DNA of 64,000 nucleotides from Rhynchopus sp. YZ270_cl-10 (lineage: Eukaryota). The DNA lies in NCBI GenBank assembly GCA_964035575.1, contig OZ037834.1, positions 1,488,001 to 1,552,000 of the forward strand. Reading direction: 5' to 3'. The position numbers were made by a program, and so were the translations under genes. The notes under the pieces are model-generated. The model saw only the letters and a list, made by a program, of their open reading frames with translations, was not told the origin of the DNA and searched no databases. This document shows, in pieces, positions 24,985 to 37,134 of this stretch (position 1 is the stretch's first letter; every line of letters begins with the position of its first letter).

Positions 24985-25118
24985 ACTCAGCCATTCAAAC
25001 GCGTCCCTTTCAACGGGTCCGCATAAAAGTATCCTTTTCAACGCATCCGATCTAACGTGTCCGTTCTAACTCGTGCGTTCTAACGCATCCGTTCTAACGC
25101 GTCCTTTCTAACGCATGC
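24985..25118 (+). repeat. Short degenerate array (~10 units) of the 14-bp satellite, followed by (TTTGCGGG)x3 at ~25130-25157
   Basis: Units such as AACGCATCCGATCT, AACGTGTCCGTTCT, AACGCATCCGTTCT. Confidence 0.85.
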
Positions 25119-25456
25119 GACGCGACGAGTTTGCGGGTTTGCGGGTTTGCGGGTTTGTAAAAATCTACCATAACTGATTTTCTATTTTTTATTTTATTTT
25201 GTAAGAATTTTGGTGCAAATTATTACATACCGAAGATGAGCTTTCGAATATCTCGTGAGCTGGCAGTGACTATTTCTTGTTTCCTTTTTTTATTACATTC
25301 AGACACAATAGTTATTTAAAGAGACAGGTTTGTGCTGAAACGATCTACATAACCAAGGTGTGGAGAGTATCAGAAAAGCAAGATAACAAAAAGATTATTT
25401 GTAGGTTAAAACTTAGACAACAACACCTACAAGAGGAAACAAAAAACACACATCCC

Positions 25457-27376
25457 CTAAACCCTGCCACATTCTACACATAAATCGACTTTGCATCCAC
25501 TCTGATGACACTTGTACCGGTGCTTGCCCTCCGCCAACGTGTTTCCATGACAACAACATTCCCACTCCGTCGCCATACGGTTTCCAACCCCGACCCTCTT
25601 GCACGAATGTGGGACAACTAGTGACCCCTCTTCCTCTTCCTCTTCGCAGTCGTCAAGATCCGACGTGTTGGCCACATCTGTATCATGAGGGGCATTAGCC
25701 AAGGCGATGTCACCTGTCTCTTCCAGCTCCATATTGGTCTGTATGTTCTGTGCGTGACGTTGGTTCACATATGACACAAATGTCTGTGCATAAGCCTTCT
25801 TGATTGTAACTGCATATTGGCGCAAGGTTTCCATGGTTGCTCCCTCGCGCAGACTTGCACTTAGCCTCTGTGCCAAACCGTTGTTTGCGAAAATAATTTG
25901 TAAGACAATCTCCTCAATCTCGTCGCTGTCAGTTTGCGGCATGTCTTCCTGCCTACAATACACGGACAAATACGACTTCTCCCGGATCCCTGAGGTCCCA
26001 TCATACAGCTCGTGCAGCCCTACGTCCATGACAAGGCGGTTGCTCGGGTCTTTTTTTTCATCCGCCGTACAGTCTTTCTGCTTCTTGATGTGACACCATT
26101 GGAACGGCGATCCCTCAACATTACGATCAATATGGGAAAGACCTTCGTTACACATCACATCGGGGTCGCAAATAGCTTGAGTTGTTGTCGGAGACGCGGC
26201 ACTTGAAGCATCCACATAACCTACCACCTCCAAACGATTAGGTGAATCAACAGCACCAGCGTATGAATTCTCATATATCTTCTCTGAAAGAGACAACACT
26301 TTCCTACATTTCGTGAGGGATTTTTCAATAACTGCTACACAGTTCCCAGCCCTATATCTGTACGCCACCTTATGGATAGCTGTATCGAAAGCAGACGCCT
26401 GGCCCTTCTCCTCAAAGTACAGTTCAACCTCAAGAAGTGAGTCGTACTCTGGTGGTGCGTCTTCGGCATATCTTATGTGTCCCAGGAAAGCTAGCCAAGT
26501 AGCTGCTTCGTCAAAGACTGATTTCCGCAGTCCCCTTGCGCGCAGTGGATTTGTTAAGGTAGCCTTGTAAAGCCATGCTTCTCCAGGTTGATCGTGTACA
26601 CTCCCTGCACTATGCTTTGAGGCCTTGCTGGTCGGTGTGTTGCCATCGGAAGTAATATAACCAGAACCACGCTTTGTTCCTGTTCTTGGGGGTGACACCT
26701 GCTGCTTCTCCAACGTCTGCTGCTTCTCCTTCTCCACCAGAATCCCGGTCCACTTCTTCAACAGCTCCACATTATCCTGTAAGTATGTGTAAAATGAATG
26801 TACAAAACTAGAAACAACAAAATAACAACAAAGTTGCACCACACTGTGCATCTCCACTGCCGACATTGCAACCCCAACACACACACGTTGCGAATGGGTA
26901 ATGCTAGAATAATAAAATAAAAATGGGTGCGGAAAGCAAGTAGACCACTCGCCGTGCCTCCAAAAGGACCGAGGTTCCCTACGCCACACAGACAGTACAA
27001 CCACATCTAATGACTCAACTCAAAGGTTGAGTGAATAGAAACTACAAAGAGTTCTACACGACACACACATGTTGCGAATGGGTCATGCTAGACAGATAAA
27101 ATAAAAAATAGGTGTAGAAAGCAAGGGTCATACCGTCTTATCCACCTTGAGCTCGACGATCTTGGCGGCGATCTTCTGCGAATCTGGCTTGCCGTCGAGA
27201 AGGACACCCGTAATGCCAGCATCCTTCCACTGCTGTGCATTGTATGACTTCGGATCGTCCTCGTAGCCTTCAAGCAATGCAACACGAAGAGTCAGTGCGA
27301 TCTCCTTCTCCTTCCGTTCAGCAACTTCCCTCCTGGCCTCTGCTGTAGGGTCATCTGGATCAGGAACAGCAGGCAT
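25457..27376 (-). CDS. Crinkler/RHS-like protein copy A: header + linker + HNH nuclease + C-terminal ZZ-like Zn finger, ~520 aa; exons 27376-27134 and 26776-25457
   Basis: 81-codon header exon shared with B and C; phase-0 GT-AG intron; HNH motif WCHIKK...DPSNRLVMDVGLHELYDG; Cys-rich tail WECCCH..RYKCHQSGCKVDLCVEC. Confidence 0.78.
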
Positions 27377-28259
27377 TTTTGGGGAAAGGGAAAGCGGTTC
27401 GGGGTATATGAGGGGAAAAGGGGTTACGTTTCCTGGCGTAATGATATAGGTGTGTGGAGGGGTGGGGTGGAGACAACTGAAATGTTTGATGGAATAGCAA
27501 AAAAGATAAGGGGTGTGGGGTTCTTATTATACTTGCAGATTATACTCGCACACACCACCTCGCCACTCCCGCGTAACCATCTTGACCGACTGCCAATCGC
27601 AAATCAGGGCGATCAAAGCGGGACCCACATGCGAAAGCAGCCACGCTCCACGACATCTGGACGGAAATCGGGAGACTGACGAGGAATAATATCCACATCA
27701 TCCTCCAGTACGTCCCCAGCCACGCGGGCCTCCAAGGCAACGAAGCCGCCGACACGATGGCGAAACGTTACGCCAAATACCTCCCCCGACAGGAAGAACC
27801 CATCGCCCTCGTGACAGTGGAGGCATCTATCAAGGTAACCACCACCGCCCTGACACCCACACCACCACTGAAGAGCATATACGCGTACGGCGGAAGCACC
27901 TCCACCACACACACCAACCTTCTCCGACCTTCCCTCAAGCCCACAACCCTGACGAGACGGGGAGCACGCACCATGCGTCTACTACGCACAGAACGCCACC
28001 CGCTCATCTACGACCACCACACCTACTCCAAGGTCACGTGCCCCGCCTGCGGGAAATGCGCCGCCTCAATCGTGCACCTTCTCAAATCATGCACCGCAAC
28101 GACGAAACTCAGGAAAGCCCACGACCTGAACACCTCTACACCTCACAAGCTCATGCTCCGTGAGCCAGAACGCGTCTTGAGATTCCTCATCGCCGCTGAC
28201 TTGTCTGAGGACAAGGAATCCGACCTTATGGTGATTGTGTTGTGAAGAGGAGAAAGAAA
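26723..28259. repeat. Segmental duplication, apparently identical to 36313-37849 (offset 9590)
   Basis: Line-by-line identity covering the linker start, intron, header exon, upstream region and LINE fragment. Confidence 0.95.
27545..28259 (+). mobile_element. 5'-truncated non-LTR retrotransposon 3' fragment (RNase H + CCHC knuckle), frameshifted
   Basis: RVTILTDCQS...(frameshift)...IILQYVPSHAGLQGNEAADTMAK (RNase H C-terminal motifs), then CPACGKCAASIVHLLKSC; A-rich 3' end. Confidence 0.8.
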
Positions 28260-29182
28260 AGAAAATTATCACAAGGGGGGTCTGTCTTTTTTATTGCAGT
28301 TCCCATCAGGGTTCTCGCAATCTTCAACACTTTTGAAAACGTTGAAGATTATAAGGATTTTTTTTTCCACCCCAAAAAACTTTTTTTTTACAAGACCTTC
28401 CGAGCAGGGTTGTTTCTAGGATCTCGTTTTTTTTTCTCGGGGGGGTCAATTTTTTTCCCGAAAAAAATGGGTTTTCAGGTGTTTTTGGGTGCATTCCGAG
28501 CTTTCTCGACGACGCCTCGATCTCATCGAGAAAACCCCATACCCCAAGACTCAGAATATCATGGTAGTATGTAGCTTCTGTGAGGGTATGAAACAGGGAA
28601 AGAAACGGTGTCCATGGCACCCAAAGGTTCCTGGCGAAGCCACGGTACGCAACATTTCTAAAATTGCGCTTAAAATTGCACTATTTTACAGCCAAACTAT
28701 GTCATGGGAAGGGTGGGTTGCAAGCTTGTGCCGCAGGCGCACGGTACGCTACTTTTTTCCTTTTGCCATGCTGCATGTTTCCTTTTCGTTCGGCGTTTGA
28801 TCAATTGAGTCGCGTTCTGGCTGTGACGGGGTCACTTTGTCCATGAGGCCAGTTCTGGTCACTCTCAGAGGCTTATGTGGGGTATTGTCATGGGAAGGGT
28901 GTGATGTAAGCTTGCGCCGCAGGCGAGGAGATGGGTATCAGGTGGGAGAGGGTGGGAAGATGGGTGAAAAATTTACCCTAAAAAAATTTTTTTTGTGAAG
29001 ATTTTTACTGGGGGGGGCCGAATAGTGGACCCCCCCTGAATAGTAGACCCCCCTTGAATAGTAGACCCCCCCTGGGAATTCTGGGTTTTTTTAAATTTTT
29101 TTTCCTTTGAATAGTGGACCCCCCCAGGTTTTCGTTTTTTTTGACTTTTTGCGGAAGTCACGGAAAAATTTTAGAGGGGATA

Positions 29183-30225
29183 GGCTAGTTGACGTCACGG
29201 ACATTCGGGTATGGGAGGGTATGGGAGGATTTGGGAGGGTATGGGACAGTATGGGACGGTATGGGACGGTATGGGACGGTATGGGAGGGTATGGGACTGT
29301 ATGGGACTGTATGGGACAGTATGGGAGGGTATGGGACTGTATGGGACAGTGTGGGAGGGTTTGGGAGGGTATGGGACAGTATGGGACGGTATGGGAGTGG
29401 TATGGGAGGATTTTTGGAGGTTTGGGAGTGGTTTGGGGGTCGTGCATGCACTTAGGGTAGCTCGACTTTTTTTTCGTTTCCCGCTCGCTGACCCTGAAAA
29501 AAAAATGCGCGCGCGCGCAAAAAAAAAGTTTTTCCTGAAAAAAAGTTGACAAAAAAGTTGTGGGAACAGGGTGATCCTGTGGGTTTTTTATATAAAATCG
29601 CCTCAGGGGCCCCAAAAACGGGTGACCCAAAACACAGTTTTTTGGCATTCCAGAAAGTGGTGGGGTCGATGTCGAAAATTGGACAATTTTTTGACCACTT
29701 AAATTTTTGAAAATATGAGCCCAGTCACTAATAGCTGGGGCCCATTTTCGGCCAAAAAATGCTGCTGAAAAAAATTTTCAGGTGAAAATTTTTCAGCCCC
29801 AAAACATACCGCGATTGGCATTTCCGAAATCTGTCCGCGCTGTGGTGGGGTCAATTTGCCGTTGTCCAGCTGCAAATTCACAAATTATGGCCTTTCCGTA
29901 TACCTCAAACCCAGACCGGCCCGGTTTGCAGTTCTCGTGTACAATTCGCACGCAAAAGAGAGCAACTCCCACACCGATTAGGGGGACGGTACGGGACGGT
30001 ATGGGACGGTATGGGACGGTATGGGACAGTATGGGACGGTATGGGAGTGGTATGGGAGGTACGGGAGGGTATGGGACGGTATGGGACAGTATGGGAGGGT
30101 ACGGGAGGGTATGGGAGGGTATGGGACGGTATGGGGGGATTTGGGAGCGTTCGAGGGCGGTACGGGATGGTACGGAACAGGATTTCCCAGAAAATTCCTA
30201 AACCGACCCGTGGCGTCAACTAGCC
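29183..30225. mobile_element. Nested MITE-like element with TA TSD and 10-bp minisatellites
   Basis: TIR GGCTAGTTGACG[T/C]CACGG; TA at 29181-29182 and 30226-30227. Confidence 0.8.
29209..29410 (+). repeat. 10-bp minisatellite (GTATGGGA[C/G]N)n; second array at ~29985-30175
   Basis: Seen directly; it produces the MGRYGTVWDG-type spurious ORFs. Confidence 0.92.
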
Positions 30226-30394
30226 TACGGGGATCAACTACAAATTTCAAATTGATTTTTCTTTCTTTGGATAGATTTTGTGACAAATCTTTCCAAAGAA
30301 GCAAAAATCAGTATATTTTGACACACCCTATCAGCCTCATCGACAGGAGGGGTTTAGTAAAAATACAGAAAAAAATTTTTGGGGGGGTCTACTA

Positions 30395-33300
30395 CACGGT
30401 GGAGTCTACCCGGGGGGGAGTTACTCTTTGGGGGGGACTTAAAGGGGGACTCAAAGAGTCCCCCTAGGGGGACTATGTAGTCCACCTAGGGGGACTATAG
30501 TCCCCCTAGGTGGACTCTTTTGGTGGGTTCTTGTGGGTTGTGGGGGCTGGTGCTGGCAGGTATGTACACACCAGGGGGGTGGTGAGGGTCCCAGATGGGG
30601 CCCGGGGAGGTAAAAGGTCATGTTGTGCATATCATTGCACAGTTTATACAGTGCAAACTGTTGTTTGCCATTAGATGCGATACAATGACAGATTCTTGTT
30701 GCTTATTTCCTTTCAGTCCTCAGTTGTTAACGCCTGATGTGGTTTGCATGTTTGAAATGTATAGCTATGAGAGCAGCTGCGCACGGGAGACGTGCCGAGA
30801 GAAGGAGCCGTCGCCATACTGGATAAGGCGACGGTCTACAACCATCCAGACCCACCCCAACTCCAGGGATGGACCCTCGGTCGCTGTCGTGATGATGGAG
30901 TCCCTCTACGGCAGCAGCCCCTCCTGGGCCTCCCCCCACCAGCACCTTCATCATGTGCGCCAGGCAGGCACCTACATCGCCATATATACAGTCGCTCTCC
31001 GCACTCCACTCCAACATACTCAGGTCGATGCACCTGGGTGGCTACACCACAGATGATGCGAGCGGTGTTAAAGGACGCTAGCGACCACCCCGCCTGGCAG
31101 AAGACCCCCGAGAAGACCGCACGCAAATGGCTTGCGAAATCACATCGTGGATACCTCCGTGACTGCAGCACGCGATTGCAAGAACACCCGCCTGCTGATG
31201 CGACTGCTCGCGGAGGTGCACCCCGACACCGACCTCCGTCACGTATCGGGCATCGACGGCGTGCTGAGGATGAGGCCGCAGGCAGCCTCACGCGAGAGGG
31301 TGGTGTGGCTGAGCCGGAGCACAGCCTCAAGGCTCGTGAAGCAGCATTGCTGCATCACGGGAGGGTGATGATCGCCTCACCCAAATATTTTGGGCTTGTC
31401 GTACGCCCCGTCCAGGAACGCAGCGCATGCGCCGCCAGAAGTCGCTCCTCATGCGGGCCCAAAGACCACCCAACCGCGGACTTTGTCGCCGCACTTAACA
31501 ACAGCGGCCTCGCGTGCGCAACGCAGACCGTGCCGAGCACTGGGAAGACCTGGTGCGTTAAGTTAACAACATGACACCCGTCCCCAAAGACGCATGTGTC
31601 ATCAAGGGAAGCCGGTGATGGCTTGCCAGGCCCAGCCTGGTCACCGATTCAGAAGCAGGAAGAGGGCGGGCCCGGCCACACCCGACAGCGCCAAGCCTGA
31701 GGCGAAACGGCAATGCAAGCCGGAAAAAAGGGGGCAAAAGAAATAGTAGGATCGGTAGGTAAGTAAAGTTGCTTCGTTGATTGCACAAACAAAATAGCAG
31801 CAACACGACCACTGCAGCCGAGGGAGAGGAGTCGAGGGAGGAGCTGCAGAGGCAGAACCTCGACCTTCTGCGACAGCTGGTGGAACTGAAGCAGCAGATA
31901 GCGTGACGGCACAGCTCACCGTCACCACCAACCAAGACACTGCGATGACAGCAAATACCCCTTCTCAAGAGGTCTCTGCCACCTCCACAACTGGGATGCA
32001 CTCCACGCTCCCTAACCCCGGACCCAAACCCCTCAAGTGTCTCTCCGACAACATCAACGGATTGACACAAACGACACGAGCAGAAGCTGACGTGCCGTCT
32101 GCAGGACACGGCGTTTGATGCAGGGGTGCAGGTTGTGCTTGCCCGCCCTCGCTTGGCCGACATCAAGTGTCCTGCTCAGTACAGTGTAACGCATACGGGA
32201 GACAACGGGTCACTGTCGCGTTGTGGAACGCTCTGCATCTATAGTAGCAGGCGTGGGCATGTTGGCGGCTTCGACACAGAAACCTACGAGCCTGTCTTCT
32301 CATTTGATTGATGCGGACAATTATGTGTACGGTGCGCCTGCCATCTCTCAGTGCAAGACACGCTGCTACCTGCCTTGTGGGGATTGCCTTCTCAAGGTTG
32401 CACTTCCGGGTGGGGAGGTGGTCCGCAAAGTCGACTGCGCTTCGTGGACCTTGTTCTCCTGTGGCAGTGTTGTTGTCTCGTATGGCAAAGACGGCGTCTC
32501 TGTGTATGACGAAGACCTGACGTTGCTCTGCTCTCTCTCGCACGAAGAGTGTGTTACTCTACTGCTCGCCCAAAAAGAGTACGACGTTGTCTGCCTTAAG
32601 GAACTCAAAGCGAGCCAGACAGGCGACATTGGCTTCGACGTTTACATTATGTATGATACAAACGCATGCGTATCCAAAAGCGTGCGAAGGGGGCGACGGC
32701 ATCGGGAGGCGGCATCTACGTCCGCACCACACGCACATACAAACACATCTTCACTTCTCCAGAGAGCAGCGTGACGGAGAGACTCGCCTTCGAAGTGGAA
32801 GGTGTGCGATTCTGCAATATGCACAGGCCAAGTGCGGCAGGCCTGCACAAAAATGACACACTACGTGCCGACGGCAACGTTTCAGAACTGCCCACACAAG
32901 GGAAGGTGGTGGTTGCGGGGACGTGAACGCGCACCACCGATCCTGGGCACACTGCACTACACGACGCTATGCCACTGCACAAAAAAGGGAAAGACATGAC
33001 TGACCCTCGTCGTACCGCCCGATCTCCCTTACCGGCAGTGTGTCGAAGGTGATGGAGAAACTGGTGGGGCGACGCATGCACCAACTGATGAGCCAGCCAG
33101 ACTCTTCAGTGAACAACCTCCACTCAGCTTAGGACGAGCCACCCTCTTGCTCCACCGGAAGGCAGCAAAGGTGATCACCGGTGCGACTACATGTCGCACG
33201 GTCAGGACGTGTTGTGGGAGGCACCGCAGACCACAGCGTACCACCAACGACTACGAGAAGTTTGTAGGACTGCCCGGCTCGCTTGGGCATGCTGTGTTTA

Positions 33301-33717
33301 ACAAACTAAACCAGGCATTTCATAGTTCATGAAATGCTAGAGACATACATCTTAGGTACGTACGTAATACGCGGCAAATAGGTAGCAAAAATAATAAAAT
33401 ACATAGTGAACTGAGGACTGAAAGGAAATAAGCAACAAGACTCTGTCATTGTATCGCATCTAATGGCAAACAACAGTTTGCACTGTATAAACTGTGCAAT
33501 GATATGCACAACATGACCTTTTACCTCCCCGGGCCCCATCTGGGACCCTCACCACCCCCCTGGTGTGTACATACCTGCCAGCACCAGCCCCCACAACCCA
33601 CAAGAACCCACCAAAAGAGTCCACCTAGGGGGACTATAGTCCCCCTAGGTGGACTACATAGTCCCCCTAATCCGACACCCCAAAAGAGTAACTCCCCCCC
33701 GGGTAGACTCCACCGTG
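30395..33717. mobile_element. Nested foldback-like element with ~310-330-bp TIRs and TA TSD (CACGG termini)
   Basis: 30395-30725 is the inverted repeat of 33409-33717, so the MGPGEVKGH... ORF appears on both strands. TA at 30393-30394 and 33718-33719. Removing it restores the parent element's GGGTCTACTATTCAA repeat. Confidence 0.9.
31830..33200 (+). pseudogene. Fragmented non-LTR retrotransposon remnants (AP endonuclease and post-RT segment), interleaved with another coding-like fragment
   Basis: LKCLSDNINGL (~32033-32065), YDVVCLKELK (~32580), VVVAG/DVNAHHRSW (~32905-32947, frameshifted), HRKAAKVITGA (~33153-33185). Confidence 0.65.
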
Positions 33718-34023
33718 TATTCAACTTGGGAAAAAAAAAATTTTTTTCTGAGACCCCCGATTTATACCCGTCGGTTCGCCTAATAGTGGACCCGGGGTCT
33801 ACTATTCGGCCCCCCCCAGTAAGTTAAAAATCTTCAACGGTTTTTTCCATATTTTTTTTTTGAAGATTTTTAGACTAAAAATCTTCAGTGCGAGAACCCT
33901 GGTTCCCATTAAACAACAAGTGTTTGGGCAAGAAAAATAACCCTCATCCTTCCACCTCCACCCGTTGTATCATTCTCTTTCAATTCCGAAGATACGAAAG
34001 TATTTAAAAAAAATACCTTGCGT

Positions 34024-36966
34024 CTAAATGAGTTTACAGAGTCGCCGTAAGAAGGGGACACGCCTTGCTACCCTAGCCTGGAATGGTGGTAGATATGTGG
34101 TCCACATGCGGTCGGGAATGCGTGAAATGCGAGAGGGCGTTGCACGCCACACAAGACGTGATGCCAACAGCAACTCGGTTGAAAAACGCACATTCTTATG
34201 TATTCCTTCTTTTTCTTTGTTCTTTTTTTTTAGTGGGGGGTCTGGTTTTAATATAAGAGGACGCATGCAACCTAGGCGATGAGTGAACTGCAACATGCCT
34301 TTGTAGTCGAACACCACCCAACCTTCGGGACACAACTCGTCCAGCTCGCGTACGAGTTCTGCTGCAGGTTCCCCAGTGACTTCGTTGCGGATAGTATCGT
34401 TGGCATGAGTGGTGGTGAACAGCACGGGTAGTATCCTGTATTTTTTTCCTGACAGGGTCTTTACAATGTCTGCCTCCAAGATCTTGCGGACGACACGTAT
34501 GTACGCATCCCGTTCTTTCTCGTTGTTTTCCCTAAGCTGCTTCCGGTTTTTGTGCTGATATGCAAGTATAGTAGGACGTTCGTCACCGTTCATCCACAGC
34601 GGTGCAAGGTAGTCAATCGCCGGCTCTCTGTTATGGCCAGGGTTCACATGTTGTCCCATCAGGAGTGCATGTTCAACCTGATCCGGAATATCCTTCAAAA
34701 ATTTACCTTGTGGCATCTGTTCGACAGGCACACACTTTGCTGTTGCTTTGAGGTAACGGCAATCATACTTAATTATCCCGCCAGGAAACCATTCGCAGAG
34801 TTGGAGTGCTTGTTTTTTCGATGCGATGCGCGCTGCCACCTCCAAGTTCATAATGACAGACTCCATCGGAGCTCCCTCGCCTAACTGAACCGCCCTGTCT
34901 GCGAGGAAGACCTTGTTCATAGCTGCGCCAAGGTTGCGCGTTGAATTTTGCAGAGCCCACTGTCTCAGGAGAATTGGCGACAGGCACAATTTATCTTCTG
35001 CGTCTCGGTAAACAAGGTTCCGTTCCTGCAGGTCTATAGTGGTCTCTGAGTCAATTCCCTCACTAGATGATATCCAGTTCTTGACGATATCGTCAGCAAT
35101 AGTTACATCAGACAAACCACTACCCTCCACTGCCTTCTCGAACAGCTTCTGGAAGTCTAAGTTCGCCTTATCCACTTGTTGGTCAGCCTCGAAGTCAAGC
35201 GCACAGAAGCCCTCGATAATGTACCGTGGATTGTGTAGCCCAATGTGGAACAGCTGACGAAATGCAGCACTTCTATCGTACAAATCATCAAAATTTGGTA
35301 CAAGGCTTGCAGCAACCGCCTGCAACTTATCTTCAGGGACAGTGGGCACGGCGTAGTAATAAGGTTTTCTGCCAGAAGGGATTGTAAGCTCATTTCCCCG
35401 TTTAGTTGTCAAAGTCGTAAACATAAAGAGTGTGGGCTTCTCTCCTTGCAAGGTGTTCTCTTGATATTTGATAAGTTCACGTACTAGGTCACAGGCATCG
35501 CTTTGAATCAGTAGCTCCAGCAACTCATCGACACACACAACCATCACCTGCTTCGTTCCAGTTTCGTCTGCCTTCATGGCCCCAACTGCCACCAGCTTTT
35601 CCCTCATCAAGTAGTCCACATCTTCTAGCGATGCTACGTGCTGCAAGTCACCAGCGTCTATCCCGTGAAACTGGAGTAATGCTTTCGCGAACCTGACCTC
35701 TACTAACTCTTGCTTATTAATGACAGGCTCAAACCCTTCGTTTCCCGTCACTCGCACGAAGGTAACGGGATGCTCCAAATCGCTTTGCAGCAGATCGCCC
35801 TTGCAAAGCTCCACACAGAGTCTCGTTTTGCCTTTCCCCATGGCACCCTTTATGAGGAGGACTTTACGACCCTTGCCGTTTGGACTCAAGGTTGCGTCTG
35901 CAGGTAGCTTGCCGATGCAGGAAAGGATATAAGTTGATATCACGTTGAGGCTATCATCTGCGTAATACATTTTTGGCTGCATCTTGCGAATGCCTCTCCC
36001 TTGGGTCTCATACTTGAAATCCTTTTGGTGCGTGTTTGGATTCATATCGTCTCGCCACCTACCTAGGATCTCTGTGAGCAATACTGTATGGGCTTGACCT
36101 AGCACTACGAGTGCGTCGTTTTTCCTCTTGGGAAGAGACACCCCCAGCGCCTTAGCTCTTGTGCGATGCTCCGTTGTCATGCGCGTGCGACAACTGGAGA
36201 TTTTTGTTGCAAGGTCTCGAAGACTCTCTCTCCTCTTTAGAAGTCCGTTCCGTGTGTCCGGCAGTCCATCACCACCCTGCTGTTGAGCTTCCACCGCCAA
36301 CCTCTGCTTCTCCTTCTCCTTCTCCACCAGAATCCCGGTCCACTTCTTCAACAGCTCCACATTATCCTGTAAGTATGTGTAAAATGAATGTACAAAACTA
36401 GAAACAACAAAATAACAACAAAGTTGCACCACACTGTGCATCTCCACTGCCGACATTGCAACCCCAACACACACACGTTGCGAATGGGTAATGCTAGAAT
36501 AATAAAATAAAAATGGGTGCGGAAAGCAAGTAGACCACTCGCCGTGCCTCCAAAAGGACCGAGGTTCCCTACGCCACACAGACAGTACAACCACATCTAA
36601 TGACTCAACTCAAAGGTTGAGTGAATAGAAACTACAAAGAGTTCTACACGACACACACATGTTGCGAATGGGTCATGCTAGACAGATAAAATAAAAAATA
36701 GGTGTAGAAAGCAAGGGTCATACCGTCTTATCCACCTTGAGCTCGACGATCTTGGCGGCGATCTTCTGCGAATCTGGCTTGCCGTCGAGAAGGACACCCG
36801 TAATGCCAGCATCCTTCCACTGCTGTGCATTGTATGACTTCGGATCGTCCTCGTAGCCTTCAAGCAATGCAACACGAAGAGTCAGTGCGATCTCCTTCTC
36901 CTTCCGTTCAGCAACTTCCCTCCTGGCCTCTGCTGTAGGGTCATCTGGATCAGGAACAGCAGGCAT
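34024..36966 (-). CDS. Crinkler/RHS-like protein copy B: header + linker + P-loop NTPase + REase-fold nuclease, ~861 aa; exons 36966-36724 and 36366-34024
   Basis: Header identical to copy A; Walker A VLLIKGAMGKGKT; Walker B VMVVCVDE; C-terminal GAPMES...NREPAIDY...ILAYQHKN (E..D..QxK variant of PD-(D/E)xK). The exact 3' end is uncertain because of a possible late intron. Confidence 0.82.
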
Positions 36967-37134
36967 TTTTGGGGAAAGGGAAAGCGGTTCGGGGTATATG
37001 AGGGGAAAAGGGGTTACGTTTCCTGGCGTAATGATATAGGTGTGTGGAGGGGTGGGGTGGAGACAACTGAAATGTTTGATGGAATAGCAAAAAAGATAAG
37101 GGGTGTGGGGTTCTTATTATACTTGCAGATTATA

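Larger units (their letters stand above)
29008..33819. mobile_element. Nested TIR element with TA TSD
   Basis: TIR CTGGGGGGGGCCGAATAGT[G/A]GACCCC at both ends; TA at 29006-29007 and 33820-33821; subterminal AATAGT[A/G]GACCCC repeats. Confidence 0.85.
28307..33901. mobile_element. Non-autonomous hAT-type element (5595 bp including nested inserts)
   Basis: Perfect 13-bp TIR CAGGGTTCTCGCA; 8-bp TSD GTTCCCAT at 28299-28306 and 33902-33909; the paralogous empty site is at 38707-38714. Confidence 0.93.

Noticed and set aside
26779..27006. Track N-terminus MVVLSVWRREPRS... of the 515/856-aa ORFs and the overlapping 82-aa ORF
   Set aside because: Lies within the GT-AG intron. The equivalent region in copy C is frameshifted while its splice sites are conserved.
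29091..30467. MGRYGTVWDG / PYRPIPSHT repeat ORFs
   Set aside because: Translations of 10-bp minisatellites inside a MITE.
30595..33539. Two convergent MGPGEVKGH... genes
   Set aside because: An artefact of the long inverted repeats of the foldback element.
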